Positions 1 through 9,316 of a stretch of DNA of 61,389 nt are shown in pieces. The notes beneath the pieces were generated by a model. That model saw nothing but the letters and a program-made list of their open reading frames with translations, did no database searches and had not been told where the DNA came from. Origin of the DNA: a virus (lineage: Duplodnaviria; Caudoviricetes). The number at the start of each line of letters is the position of its first letter. The first letter of the stretch is position 1. A program made the position numbers and the translations under genes. The stretch covers positions 1 through 61,389 of the IMG/VR virus record IMGVR_UViG_3300025132_007241; one strand, given 5' to 3'.

Positions 1-23
1 AGACCTAGTATAATAAACACAAT

Positions 24-99
<76 letters not shown>

Positions 100-109
100 G
101 AAAAAGATT

Positions 110-355
110 ATGACAAAGAAAAAACCAGATCTAGAAGTACTTGAAGAGGCAGTAGCCGGAGTCTATCTCCGAGAAGCTGAGTGCCGAATCTCGCCCATCG
201 CAGGGCGCACTTATCATGTATACCTTCGCGAAGACAAAACGTCTTTCATATCCCTTGTGGAGCCTGAATATTGGGATACTGAAAGATTTAAGGTTCAGTA
301 TGTCTGTAAAGCTATTTATAACGAAAGCGGGTGGCGTGAACTGCCCACAAAATAA
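110..355 (+). CDS. DUF2452-like small protein (start moved to ATG 110 because 74-109 overlaps tRNA-Thr)
   Basis: Motif PIAGRTYHVYLREDKTSFISLVEPEYW resembles the DUF2452 core as I recall it; fills the gap between two tRNAs. Confidence 0.6.
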   Translation: MTKKKPDLEVLEEAVAGVYLREAECRISPIAGRTYHVYLREDKTSFISLVEPEYWDTERFKVQYVCKAIYNESGWRELPTK

Positions 356-356
356 T

Positions 357-432
357 GGGGATGTAGCTCAGTTGGGAGAGCAGTTGCCTTGCACGCATCA
401 GGTCGCAGGTTCGACTCCTGTCATCTCCACCA
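357..432 (+). tRNA. tRNA-Ala(UGC)
   Basis: GGGGATG/CATCTCC acceptor with G3:U70 alanine identity pair, anticodon loop CTTGCAC, TTCGACT, CCA. Confidence 0.95.
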
Positions 433-438
433 TTTTTC

Positions 439-515
439 GGGCGGCTAGCTCAGTTGGTTAGAGCGTCTCGTTTACACCGAGAGGGTCGGGAGTTCGAGTC
501 TCTCGCCGCCCACCA
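439..515 (+). tRNA. tRNA-Val(UAC)
   Basis: GGGCGGC/GCCGCCC acceptor, TCTCG-TTTACAC-CGAGA anticodon arm, TTCGAGT, CCA. Confidence 0.96.
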
Positions 516-520
516 TATAA

Positions 521-597
<77 letters not shown>

Positions 598-602
598 TTT
601 AA

Positions 603-677
603 GCGGGTGTAGCTCAGTGGTAGAGCATCGCGTTGCCAACGCGAGGGTCGTGAGTTCGAATCTCATCACCCGCTCCA
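603..677 (+). tRNA. tRNA-Gly(GCC)
   Basis: GCGGGTG/CACCCGC acceptor, U73, TCGCG-TTGCCAA-CGCGA anticodon arm, TTCGAAT, CCA. Confidence 0.96.
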
Positions 678-704
678 TAATTAATGTGAGTGGCTATATA
701 ATAT

Positions 705-1493
705 ATGAGCGACACTGTTTTACTTTGCCCTCCTGTGCAATTCGACGTTGTTTATTCGATTAATCCCTGGATGAAAGGGGAGGCTGTCAATAAACAAAAA
801 GCCATGAATCAGTGGGGTCAACTTAAGAGCGCTATTGAAGACTGGGGTGTTAAAGTAAAGCTTATAGAACAGCCTCAACACCTTCCAGATATGGTATTCA
901 CAGCCAACGCTGGAACGATCCGCGGCTCCAAAGTTGTCCTTAGTAATTTTAAGTTCCCCGAAAGACAGGAAGAGACAGATTATTACGAGAGGTGGTTCAA
1001 AGACGAGGGATACGAGACATATCGTTTGCCTAAAAAAAATAGTTTTGAAGGTTGTGGTGATACAGTCCCCTGGGGGGATAAAATGTTGGCGGGATATGGC
1101 GTCCGATCGGATCTCGGGGGAATCCGTAGAGCTGCAAAGATTCTTGATGTGGAACTCATACCTCTGAAATTAGAGCATCCTAACTTTTACCATCTTGATA
1201 CGTGCTTCTGTTTGCTAGGTCCTCACAGTGCAATGTACTATCCTGGTGCGTTTACTCCGTCAGCAACCAAAAAACTTAAAAAACATATACCAGAGCTAAT
1301 TCCCCTCGATGTCACTGATGCAGCTATGTTTGCATGCAACTCAGTGGTCTATGGGAATCAAATATTGATGCCGCTTGGTCCGCAGAAAATAGTGGAAGAG
1401 CTAGAGATTAGAGGGTATGAGGTAACGCATATAAATACTAGTGAGTTTTTAAAGTCAGGTGGCTCTTTACAATGCATGACTTTGTGGATATAA
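705..1493 (+). CDS. Amidinotransferase/DDAH (pentein) superfamily protein, arginine dihydrolase (ArgZ N-terminal)-like
   Basis: Motifs PPxxFDVVYSINPWM, PDMVFTANAG, FEGCGD, FYHLDTCF, EFLKSGGSLQCMTL with catalytic Cys and His retained. Confidence 0.85.
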   Translation: MSDTVLLCPPVQFDVVYSINPWMKGEAVNKQKAMNQWGQLKSAIEDWGVKVKLIEQPQHLPDMVFTANAGTIRGSKVVLSNFKFPERQEETDYYERWFKDEGYETYRLPKKNSFEGCGDTVPWGDKMLAGYGVRSDLGGIRRAAKILDVELIPLKLEHPNFYHLDTCFCLLGPHSAMYYPGAFTPSATKKLKKHIPELIPLDVTDAAMFACNSVVYGNQILMPLGPQKIVEELEIRGYEVTHINTSEFLKSGGSLQCMTLWI

Positions 1494-1494
1494 T
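1466..1494 (+). promoter_or_regulatory. Sigma70-type promoter for tRNA-Asn and downstream genes
   Basis: TTTACA (1466-1471), 17 bp spacer, TATAAT (1489-1494), 9 nt before tRNA-Asn; the -10 box contains the TAA stop of the upstream gene. Confidence 0.7.
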
Positions 1495-1503
1495 GTAGTT
1501 TCT

Positions 1504-1579
1504 TCCGGGGTAGTTCAATTGGTAGAACGTCCGACTGTTAATCGGGTGGTTGTTGGTTCGAGTCCAGCTCCCGGAGCCA
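1504..1579 (+). tRNA. tRNA-Asn(GUU)
   Basis: TCCGGGG/TCCCGGA acceptor, G73, anticodon loop CTGTTAA, TTCGAGT, CCA. Confidence 0.95.
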
Positions 1580-1598
1580 AAGACAAGAGGTTTTTATA

Positions 1599-2087
1599 AT
1601 GAGTACAGAAAAAACAGTGTGTGTTTCGGGTGGCTTCGACCCGGTACACGTTGGTCATCTTCGCATGATGCAGGAAGCTTCTGAGCACGGTAAAGTGATC
1701 GTGATTGTTAACTCGGATGAGTGGCTGATGAGAAAGAAGGGCTATATTTTTATGCCCTTTGCAGAGCGCTGCGAGATTATTGAAGGCTTCGGCTGTGTAG
1801 CGGCGACCACTCATGTTAATGATTCGGATAACACCGTCTGCGAAGCGCTTCGAAGGATGAAGCCCACCTATTTTGCCAATGGCGGTGATCGCAAAACAGA
1901 TAATACTCCAGAGATGGATGTGTGTGAAGCACAGGGAATTCAACTTCTATGGGGTGTTGGAGGAGGAAAGGTACAAAGTTCCTCAACTCTGGTGGAGTCG
2001 AGCGGCATGGTAAAAACATCTCATGAGGAAGAAGACTGTCCCGAACCCGACAGTGTAGAGATCGTTTCCAGCTCTTCCGCCGACTAA
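1599..2087 (+). CDS. Cytidylyltransferase-like (HxGH) nucleotidyltransferase, TagD/RfaE-related
   Basis: SGGFDPVHVGH, VNSDEWLMRKKG, FANGGDR, KVQSSS; acidic C-terminal extension; GAGG SD. Confidence 0.85.
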   Translation: MSTEKTVCVSGGFDPVHVGHLRMMQEASEHGKVIVIVNSDEWLMRKKGYIFMPFAERCEIIEGFGCVAATTHVNDSDNTVCEALRRMKPTYFANGGDRKTDNTPEMDVCEAQGIQLLWGVGGGKVQSSSTLVESSGMVKTSHEEEDCPEPDSVEIVSSSSAD

Positions 2088-2111
2088 CTCAAGTAACAAT
2101 AAATATTTGAC

Positions 2112-2119
2112 ACTAGTTA
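2112..2119 (+). promoter_or_regulatory. Candidate phage late-promoter motif ACTAGTTA
   Basis: Intergenic, 22 nt before the PhoH ATG; the same motif recurs before structural genes. Confidence 0.4.
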
Positions 2120-2141
2120 CTTTAGAGTTAGAAAGGTCTAT

Positions 2142-3464
2142 ATGAGCCGTAAAAAGATATATGTTTTAGACACCAGCGTCTATCTCACCAATGCCGATGC
2201 AATCTATGCTTTTAAGAATCATGACATTCATGTTCCCCTGAAAGTTTTTGAGGAAATCGATAACCACAAAAAACGCCAAGATGCAGTCGGTGCACAAGCA
2301 CGAAAGATTATTCGCATCTGGGATGAACTGAGGGGTCACGGCTCCTTAGAGACCGGTGTGCGGATCCGCAAGGGTCTGGGCATCGTCCGAGCCATTAGTG
2401 GTCAAGGAATCACCCGAGAGGACCTCCCAGAGGATCTTAACCTCTCTGTTCCAGACCATCTGATTATTGCCACAGCTCTACGTGAACATCGAACATCAGA
2501 ACGTAAGGTTATCCTAGTCTCCCGCGATATTAACATGCGTGTTATTGCAGATGCGATTGGACTAACCTCCGAAGACTTCCAAAATAACCAGATTGTTGAC
2601 AATAGCGAAAGCATTTATACAGGATACACAACGGTACTTGTCGATGATCAGGTAATAGACCAGTTTTACGAGCAAAAAGATGTCTACCTTGATGAGGAGC
2701 ACAAACTCCATGCTAATCAATACCTCATGTTGGTTTCTAGTGCAAATGAAAAGAAAACTGCGTTAGCCCGATATCTTAATCCATCGACCCCTCTTCGACA
2801 ACTCATGCATAACAAGAAGGGTTGCTGGGGTATCAAGCCTCGTAACAAAGAGCAACATTTTTTAATGGATGCTCTTATGGATCCGACCATCGAAGTAATC
2901 ACGGCCATTGGTAAAGCAGGTAGCGGTAAGACGATCTGTGCCATCGCTGCAGGGCTTGAACAGGTCATAGATGAATCCTCAGCTGACTACTCGCGTATAA
3001 TCGTTTCTAGACCCGTACAGCCGCTTGGAAAGGACATCGGCTTCTTGCCGGGAACAATGGAGGAGAAAATGTCCCCCTGGTTGATGCCGATTCAAGACAA
3101 TCTGCAAACTTTAATGGGAAATGATAAAATGACCCTTGACATTTACATGCAGAAGGGTACAATAGAGATTGAAGCTATTACTTACATTCGGGGTCGTTCA
3201 ATCGCAAACGCCTTTATCATCATTGACGAAGCCCAGAACTTGACAACTCACGAATTAAAGACTATAATAACAAGAGTTGGTGAAGGAACAAAGATCATTT
3301 TGACTGGTGACGTAGAACAGATTGATAATGTCTACATAGACGCCACCACAAACGGATTGACCCATGCGGTTGAAAAGTTTAAGGACTTTGAGTTAGCTTC
3401 GCACATCACTCTCCACAAGGGAGAGCGATCTAGAGTTGCAACCTTCGCCGCACAAAATTTGTGA
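2142..3464 (+). CDS. phoH: PIN-PhoH family protein (PIN nuclease plus PhoH ATPase/helicase)
   Basis: N-terminal PIN (YVLDTS, EEID, DHLII, SRDINMR); Walker A GKAGSGKT; RP..GKDIGFLPG, IRGRS, DEAQN, GDVEQID, ERS. Confidence 0.93.
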   Translation: MSRKKIYVLDTSVYLTNADAIYAFKNHDIHVPLKVFEEIDNHKKRQDAVGAQARKIIRIWDELRGHGSLETGVRIRKGLGIVRAISGQGITREDLPEDLNLSVPDHLIIATALREHRTSERKVILVSRDINMRVIADAIGLTSEDFQNNQIVDNSESIYTGYTTVLVDDQVIDQFYEQKDVYLDEEHKLHANQYLMLVSSANEKKTALARYLNPSTPLRQLMHNKKGCWGIKPRNKEQHFLMDALMDPTIEVITAIGKAGSGKTICAIAAGLEQVIDESSADYSRIIVSRPVQPLGKDIGFLPGTMEEKMSPWLMPIQDNLQTLMGNDKMTLDIYMQKGTIEIEAITYIRGRSIANAFIIIDEAQNLTTHELKTIITRVGEGTKIILTGDVEQIDNVYIDATTNGLTHAVEKFKDFELASHITLHKGERSRVATFAAQNL

Positions 3465-3472
3465 GGTTAGAG

Positions 3473-3727
3473 ATGGAATTTAAAGACACTGTAAGGACCG
3501 GAGTAGTGACTTCGGATACTGGGCTCAAAGAGCTGGTAGTTAGTTATATTGGAGAAAGACTGGCTGGACCGGAAGATATTACTGTAGATATGGCAGTGCA
3601 GGTCTTCGCCGCTGAGTTCCCAGAGTTTCTTTTGGCTGTTGCGGAGGAAAACTTTCTTCGAGGATACGAGCAAGCACTCACTGATGTTGAAAACACAAAA
3701 AGACCCACAGAAGAGTTTTTAGGCTGA
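3473..3727 (+). CDS. Hypothetical protein (alternative GTG start at 3461)
   Basis: ORF fills the operon gap; GAGG upstream of ATG 3473; stop overlaps the next ATG. Confidence 0.75.
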   Translation: MEFKDTVRTGVVTSDTGLKELVVSYIGERLAGPEDITVDMAVQVFAAEFPEFLLAVAEENFLRGYEQALTDVENTKRPTEEFLG

Positions 3728-4338
3728 TGGAGTATTACATTTACAATATCCCAGTCTTTGCTTATGACCGGGTACCCGGAGGTGTGAGCATTCCGCAGTT
3801 TTGTCAGCAGGCTGAGGATATCCTTCATCAAAACATGCTTGTAAATGTCGATATCGTATATATTGGAAACATGCATATGCTCAAAGGTCGCAACGCCGCG
3901 TACCATGATGGGGCTATCTACATGACATCAGATGAGCCCACCGTAGAGGATATGCTAGAGAATTTTGTCCATGAAGTAGCTCACTCGCTAGAGAGCACGT
4001 TTGGACACGAGATCTATACAGAAGACTTGATAAATGAGTACCGTGCAAAACGGGAGAGGCTGTATCAAATTCTTCAAGCCCACGGTTATACCCCCGCCCG
4101 CGTTCATGCGTCGTTTACAGAGTATACACCTGCCTGGGATAAATACTTGGCAGATGAAGTAGGCTACCCAACACTGCTGAGCCTGACGATGGGGCTGTTT
4201 GCCTCTCCATACGCCGCCACCTCAATCCAAGAGTATTTTGCTAATGGATTTGAGAAGTACTATCTTGAGGAACCATGGGACCTGAAAAAAGTGAGTCCTG
4301 TGCTTTTTGATAAGATTGAGTCGGTGGTAAATGTCTAA
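3727..4338 (+). CDS. HExxH zincin-like metallopeptidase, putative
   Basis: VHEVAHSLE plus downstream QEYFANGF third-ligand-type motif. Confidence 0.6.
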   Translation: MEYYIYNIPVFAYDRVPGGVSIPQFCQQAEDILHQNMLVNVDIVYIGNMHMLKGRNAAYHDGAIYMTSDEPTVEDMLENFVHEVAHSLESTFGHEIYTEDLINEYRAKRERLYQILQAHGYTPARVHASFTEYTPAWDKYLADEVGYPTLLSLTMGLFASPYAATSIQEYFANGFEKYYLEEPWDLKKVSPVLFDKIESVVNV

Positions 4339-5110
4339 GCGTGAACACATTTCATATTCTGAATTAAAAGACTGGAACACTTGCCCCCATTACCATAAGA
4401 AAGCCTGGGTAGAGAAAGTGGCGCCCTTTGAAGGGAACGAATATACTGCTTTCGGATCAGCAATTCATGATGTCTGTGAGAAAAAGCTCCTGAAGGAGGA
4501 CATTAATGAGAACGCTATCTTTCAACTCGGATTTGCCGAAAGACTGCAAAAACTCTTAGAGAAAAACATTGAGTTTGATGCCAAGCGGGTTCAAGAGATG
4601 AAAGTAGCTGGACCTGCCATACTTGCAGAAGTTGAGGATGCATTGCAGGACTATTTTGGAGATTACGAAGTTTTCTCCTCCGAGGAAATGCTCTACGTTC
4701 CTATTGAGAACTTCAACGTATACTTTAAAGGTTTTGTTGACGCAGTGGTAAAGGTGGGAGATACCTACCACTTGTTTGATTGGAAGACATGCTCATGGGG
4801 CTGGGATTCCCGAAAGAAGTCTGAAAAGATGGTGACATACCAGCTCACACTCTACAAGCACTTCTTCTGTCAGAAACACAAGATTGATCCTGCTAATGTT
4901 GAAACCCACTTTGCGTTGTTAAAAAGAACAGCTAAAAAAGACCGTGTGGAAATATTTAGAGTAACCAGCGGTCCTAAGAAAACGGAAAACGCCCTTAAAC
5001 TTCTGTACCAAGCAATCTATAATATTATCAAAGGGGTCTCAATTAAGAACCGTTTGAACTGTCTTAAGCCCTATCGTTGCAAACTATACAACACAGAACA
5101 CTGTCGTTAG
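4331..5110 (+). CDS. PD-(D/E)XK nuclease, Cas4/AddB-like with predicted Fe-S staple
   Basis: ISYS..CPHY, GSAIH, E, GFVD, DWKT, YQLTLY; one N-terminal and three C-terminal Cys (CLKPYRCKLYNTEHC). Confidence 0.85.
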   Translation: MSKREHISYSELKDWNTCPHYHKKAWVEKVAPFEGNEYTAFGSAIHDVCEKKLLKEDINENAIFQLGFAERLQKLLEKNIEFDAKRVQEMKVAGPAILAEVEDALQDYFGDYEVFSSEEMLYVPIENFNVYFKGFVDAVVKVGDTYHLFDWKTCSWGWDSRKKSEKMVTYQLTLYKHFFCQKHKIDPANVETHFALLKRTAKKDRVEIFRVTSGPKKTENALKLLYQAIYNIIKGVSIKNRLNCLKPYRCKLYNTEHCR

Positions 5111-5118
5111 GAATATCC

Positions 5119-6369
5119 ATGTCAGAAAAAATTAAGATCTTTACGATCGGTGACCACCCTCTTTCTCCTTCGGGGGTGGGAACACAAACAAAATATATTA
5201 TCGAAGGAATGCTCAAAACTGGTAAGTATGAATTCATTTCGTTTGGGGGCGCCATCAAGCACCCCGATCACAACCCACAGAAAACGCAAGAATGGGGTGA
5301 CGATTGGGTGATTTGGCCAGTTGATGGATATGGCAACGCGGACATGGTTCGAGCTATGATTCACCAACAGAAGCCAGACATCCTGTGGTTCATGACAGAT
5401 CCACGTTTCTACGGGTGGCTCTGGTCAATCGAGAATGAAGTTCGAGCACATGTCCCCATGGTTTACTACCATGTGTGGGATAACTATCCTTATCCCGACT
5501 TCAATCGTAATGCATATTTGTCAAACGATCATATTGCATGTATCTCAAAGCTGACATACGATATCGTACAGACTGTCACGCCCGAAGTTGAGTCGTCCTA
5601 CATTCCGCATGCCGTAAACTCAGAGCTGTTCAAACCCCTAGACATTCCTCAGATCGCCGAGATCCGCACAGATCAGGGAATAGATGACAAGTTTGTAGTA
5701 TTCTGGAATAATCGTAATGCTCGTCGAAAACAGTCCGGGAGCGTCATTTTTTGGTTTAAGGAGTTTTTAGACCGAGTCGGTCATGATAAAGCATGTCTTA
5801 TTATGCATACAGACGTTAAAGATGTTCACGGTCAGGACCTGGAAGCTATCATTGCTAATCTGGGACTCACTAATGGAGAAGTGATGTTCTCCCGTCAGAA
5901 AGTGGAACCCCACAACTTAGCCGTGATGTATAATATGGCAGACGTTACAATTAATATAGCGGACGCCGAAGGCTTTGGGCTTGCAACGCTAGAGTCCCTG
6001 TCTTGCGGGACACCCATCATCGCCACGATGACCGGAGGTCTGCAAGATCAATTAACTGATGGAGAAAACTGGTACGGAATTCCAATATACCCAGCTTCAA
6101 GAGCAGTTATTGGATCTCAAGAGGTGCCTTATATTTATGAAGATCGGGTCGCCAAGGACGATGTCGTAAACGCATTAGTTGAGATGTATGAAATGGGTAG
6201 CGAAGGACGTTCCGAACTAGGGGCACGAGGTAGTGAGTGGGCGCGTACCACCTTTGGTTTTGAGACATTCATGGACAGTTGGGACGAACTGTTTACCAAG
6301 ATACACGAGACACAGGGCTCGTGGGATACACGCAAGGGATACACACCCTACGAAGTTAGGACTTTTTAA
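5119..6369 (+). CDS. Glycosyltransferase, GT-B fold (GT4-like)
   Basis: SGVG, IPHAVN, NRNARRKQ, EGFGLATLESLSCGTPII (ExFGxxxxE); start MSEK after AGGA. Confidence 0.9.
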   Translation: MSEKIKIFTIGDHPLSPSGVGTQTKYIIEGMLKTGKYEFISFGGAIKHPDHNPQKTQEWGDDWVIWPVDGYGNADMVRAMIHQQKPDILWFMTDPRFYGWLWSIENEVRAHVPMVYYHVWDNYPYPDFNRNAYLSNDHIACISKLTYDIVQTVTPEVESSYIPHAVNSELFKPLDIPQIAEIRTDQGIDDKFVVFWNNRNARRKQSGSVIFWFKEFLDRVGHDKACLIMHTDVKDVHGQDLEAIIANLGLTNGEVMFSRQKVEPHNLAVMYNMADVTINIADAEGFGLATLESLSCGTPIIATMTGGLQDQLTDGENWYGIPIYPASRAVIGSQEVPYIYEDRVAKDDVVNALVEMYEMGSEGRSELGARGSEWARTTFGFETFMDSWDELFTKIHETQGSWDTRKGYTPYEVRTF

Positions 6370-7623
6370 ATGAAAAAGAATATTTTGCTTAAAGGACCAC
6401 TGTTGTCCCGCTCTGGTTATGGAGAACAGGCACGATTTGCACTTCGAGCCCTACAGAGCCGACCTGAGTTGTTTGAAATTTATGTGCTAAATATCAACTG
6501 GGGTCAGACCGGTCATCTGACCACACATGATGAAGAGCACCAGTGGATCCTTCGCAGAATCCAGGAGACAGCTGTCTTTGCACAGCAAGGAGGTACTTTT
6601 GATATCTCTATCCAGGTTACGGTGCCCAATGAATTTGAAAAAATTGCTCCAGTTAATATTGGATATACAGCGGGCATTGAAACGACGAAGTGTTCGGGGC
6701 AGTGGATTGAGAAGATTAATGCATTCGTTGAACGTGTAATCACCATTTCGGCACACTCGCAAAAGGTGATGGAAAATACGACGTACGATGTAAAAGACCA
6801 ACAAGGTAATGAGATCAAAGACTGGGGAATTAATGTTCCCGTAGATTATGTAAGCTACCCCCATCTTGAAACAGAGCCCGAACCTTTAGAGTTGAACATA
6901 GATACAACGAATAACTTTCTTGTCGTCGCTCAGTGGTCGCCTAGAAAAAATCTGGAAAATACCATAAGATGGTTTGTAGAGAAGTTTGCTGAGGATCCTA
7001 CGGCTGGTCTCGTTCTTAAGACTAACACCGCCAGTGATAGTATTCGCGACAGGGAGTTCACATCCCAGCGCCTTCAAGCACTGCTTGAAGCGTACCCGCA
7101 GAGGCAGTGTAAGATTCACTTAATTCACGGTGAACTCACCCCAGGCAATTTAGTCTGGCTGTATCAGCATCCTACAATGAAGGCTCTTATCAACATCGGT
7201 CATGGCGAAGGTTTCGGGTTGCCAATGTTTGAGGCGGTATGTAATGGCTTGCCGTTGATCACCATAACGTGGAGCGGACAGCTTGATTTCATCACCAAGC
7301 CAAACAAAAGCAAGAAAGCAGTGCCTAGGATTATTAAGGTAGACTATGACCTAGCTAAGGTCCAGGACCATGCTGTTTGGCCGGGAGTTATTGAGGCAGA
7401 TTCTATGTGGGCTTATGCTCGCGAGGCATCGTTTAAACGCGCCCTCGGGGACGCACTGGAAAAAGAAACTCACTGGAGGAAGGAAGCTGCAGCACTGCAG
7501 AAGCATGTGCTGGGCAAGTTCACTAGTGAGAACATGTATGCCGACTTTGTAAGGCAGGTTTACGACCCATCGCCCGAGGAGATCGAATGGTTATCTCAAA
7601 TGGAAGACATTCAGATTCTGTAG
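6370..7623 (+). CDS. Glycosyltransferase, GT-B fold (GT4-like)
   Basis: SRSGYG, QWSPRKN, HGEGFGLPMFEA. Confidence 0.88.
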   Translation: MKKNILLKGPLLSRSGYGEQARFALRALQSRPELFEIYVLNINWGQTGHLTTHDEEHQWILRRIQETAVFAQQGGTFDISIQVTVPNEFEKIAPVNIGYTAGIETTKCSGQWIEKINAFVERVITISAHSQKVMENTTYDVKDQQGNEIKDWGINVPVDYVSYPHLETEPEPLELNIDTTNNFLVVAQWSPRKNLENTIRWFVEKFAEDPTAGLVLKTNTASDSIRDREFTSQRLQALLEAYPQRQCKIHLIHGELTPGNLVWLYQHPTMKALINIGHGEGFGLPMFEAVCNGLPLITITWSGQLDFITKPNKSKKAVPRIIKVDYDLAKVQDHAVWPGVIEADSMWAYAREASFKRALGDALEKETHWRKEAAALQKHVLGKFTSENMYADFVRQVYDPSPEEIEWLSQMEDIQIL

Positions 7624-8459
7624 TGTCGGTGCTATTCCTCGCTGATTTCTTCAGCGACCAGATCAACGGTGGGGGCGAGAACAATGATGCTGTCCTCATC
7701 GCTGATCTGCGTCAGAGGGGAATTTCAGTTGAAAAGGTTCACTGCCAAGCGGTCACGGTTGATCAACTACATGCAGCTGATACGGTTATAGTTTCAAACT
7801 TTGTTACTCTTGCATCGACGCATAGGGAATATATTACCGACAATTGTGATTACATCATTTATGAGCATGACCACAAATATGTAACAACGCGTGATCCCTC
7901 GAAGTTCGTAAACTTTATGATTCCTCCACAACATATTATCAACAAGATGTTCTATCACCGTGCACGAAAAGTGATTGTACTCAGTGAAATTTGCAAAACT
8001 GTCATGGAAAATAATTTGGGTAATACCAACGTCCACTCGATTGGTAGCAGCTTGTGGTCGAAAGAGAAATTCACATTTTTGCGTGAGTGCCCAAAGAACA
8101 AGACAAAAGGCGTAGCTGTGATCGATTCTAGCAACCCGACCAAGGGTAGGGCTGCAGCGATAGCCACTTGCGAGAAAAAGAACATAGAATTTGATCTTGT
8201 CTCATCACCTGATCAATATGAATTTCTCAAGATATTAAGCGAGTATAAATCATTGTTATTTGTCCCTCAAGTGTTAGAGACCTTTTGCCGATTAATAGCA
8301 GAAGCAAAGATGTTGGAATGCCAGGTTTACACTAACGGAAAATTAATTGGCATGATGAGCGAGCCATTTGCACAACAATCCGGACTTGAATTAATCGAAA
8401 CCCTGGAAGGTCAGGTCACTAGCGCCTTGGATTATTTTTATGAGTTGGTAAAAAAATGA
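7623..8459 (+). CDS. Glycosyltransferase-like protein (compact GT-B)
   Basis: GGGE, YEHD, KG, ETFCRLIAEAKML (ExxxxxxxE); likely GTG start at 7623. Confidence 0.65.
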   Translation: MSVLFLADFFSDQINGGGENNDAVLIADLRQRGISVEKVHCQAVTVDQLHAADTVIVSNFVTLASTHREYITDNCDYIIYEHDHKYVTTRDPSKFVNFMIPPQHIINKMFYHRARKVIVLSEICKTVMENNLGNTNVHSIGSSLWSKEKFTFLRECPKNKTKGVAVIDSSNPTKGRAAAIATCEKKNIEFDLVSSPDQYEFLKILSEYKSLLFVPQVLETFCRLIAEAKMLECQVYTNGKLIGMMSEPFAQQSGLELIETLEGQVTSALDYFYELVKK

Positions 8460-9316
8460 TTTTAGTGACAGGCGCCGCAGGATTTATAGGACAAAGCTTA
8501 GTCGACCATCTAGGCACCCGCGCCGTGATTTGCGCCGATCCCTCTGATTCAAATATGTTAACACCGGAAGAGGCTTTACGCCGTCTGGAGTTTACTGACG
8601 ATATCACCGTGGTATATCATATGGGCGCCATATCTTCTACTACAGAAACAAATATGTTGGCGCTCACTGAAAATAATGTTGCTTATAGTCTCAAACTTCT
8701 GTATCTTTGCCTCGATAAAGACATTCCCTTTGTTTATGCCTCTTCCGCATCGGTGTATGGCGCTGCCACTGGAACTCAGCGAGAGGACCAACCACACGCC
8801 CCCATTAACGGATACGCTATAAGCAAGTCGACCTTTGACAACTTTACGCATCAGATAATCTCACTATATCCAGACGCCAAAGTGTATGGGCTTAGGTATT
8901 TTAACGTTTATGGTCATCACGAACATCATAAGGGCAATATGGCGAGCCCTGTGCACAAATTCACGATGCAGGCAAGAGATACAGGTAAGATCCAGATTTT
9001 TGAGGGTAGCGAAAACTATCTTCGTGATTTCATTAATATTGAAGACGTAGTAAAAATTACCATTGAAGCAAGCAACCTCGCGCAAGCTGGTGTTTATAAC
9101 GTAGGAACAGGAGTCGCTCGATCGTTCCTAGATGTGGCTAAGATAATCGCTGCTGAGACGGGGGCGGAAATTGAGGAAATCCCCTTCCCAAACCATCTCA
9201 AAGGTAGATATCAGACCCACACCTGCAGCGATAACACAAAAATTGCGGACAATGGCTACACTCACCCGCGCCTCGATCTAGAGACTGGAATTAAAAACAC
9301 CCTGGCTTTGATATGA
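8456..9316 (+). CDS. hldD: ADP-L-glycero-D-manno-heptose 6-epimerase
   Basis: TGAAGFIG, GAISSTTE, YASSASVYG, YAISK, LRYFNVYG, HKGNMAS, RDFI, IPFP..LKGRYQ. Confidence 0.88.
   Translation: MILVTGAAGFIGQSLVDHLGTRAVICADPSDSNMLTPEEALRRLEFTDDITVVYHMGAISSTTETNMLALTENNVAYSLKLLYLCLDKDIPFVYASSASVYGAATGTQREDQPHAPINGYAISKSTFDNFTHQIISLYPDAKVYGLRYFNVYGHHEHHKGNMASPVHKFTMQARDTGKIQIFEGSENYLRDFINIEDVVKITIEASNLAQAGVYNVGTGVARSFLDVAKIIAAETGAEIEEIPFPNHLKGRYQTHTCSDNTKIADNGYTHPRLDLETGIKNTLALI

Noticed and set aside
1515-1943. 142-aa minus-strand ORF
   Set aside because: Antisense to tRNA-Asn and the cytidylyltransferase; no motifs
2107-2135. TTGACA before phoH as a sigma70 promoter
   Set aside because: No good -10 hexamer at 17 bp (best is TAGAAA at 16 bp); the overlapping ACTAGTTA motif is a better candidate
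4331-5110. CRISPR-Cas locus suggested by the Cas4-like gene
   Set aside because: No repeat-spacer array and no other cas genes; there is almost no intergenic space in the window
5119-8459. T4-style DNA glucosylation as the main role of the GTs
   Set aside because: No dCMP/dUMP hydroxymethylase or TET/JBP gene in the window, and the sugar diversity exceeds known DNA modifications; ranked lower but not excluded, since such genes could lie elsewhere
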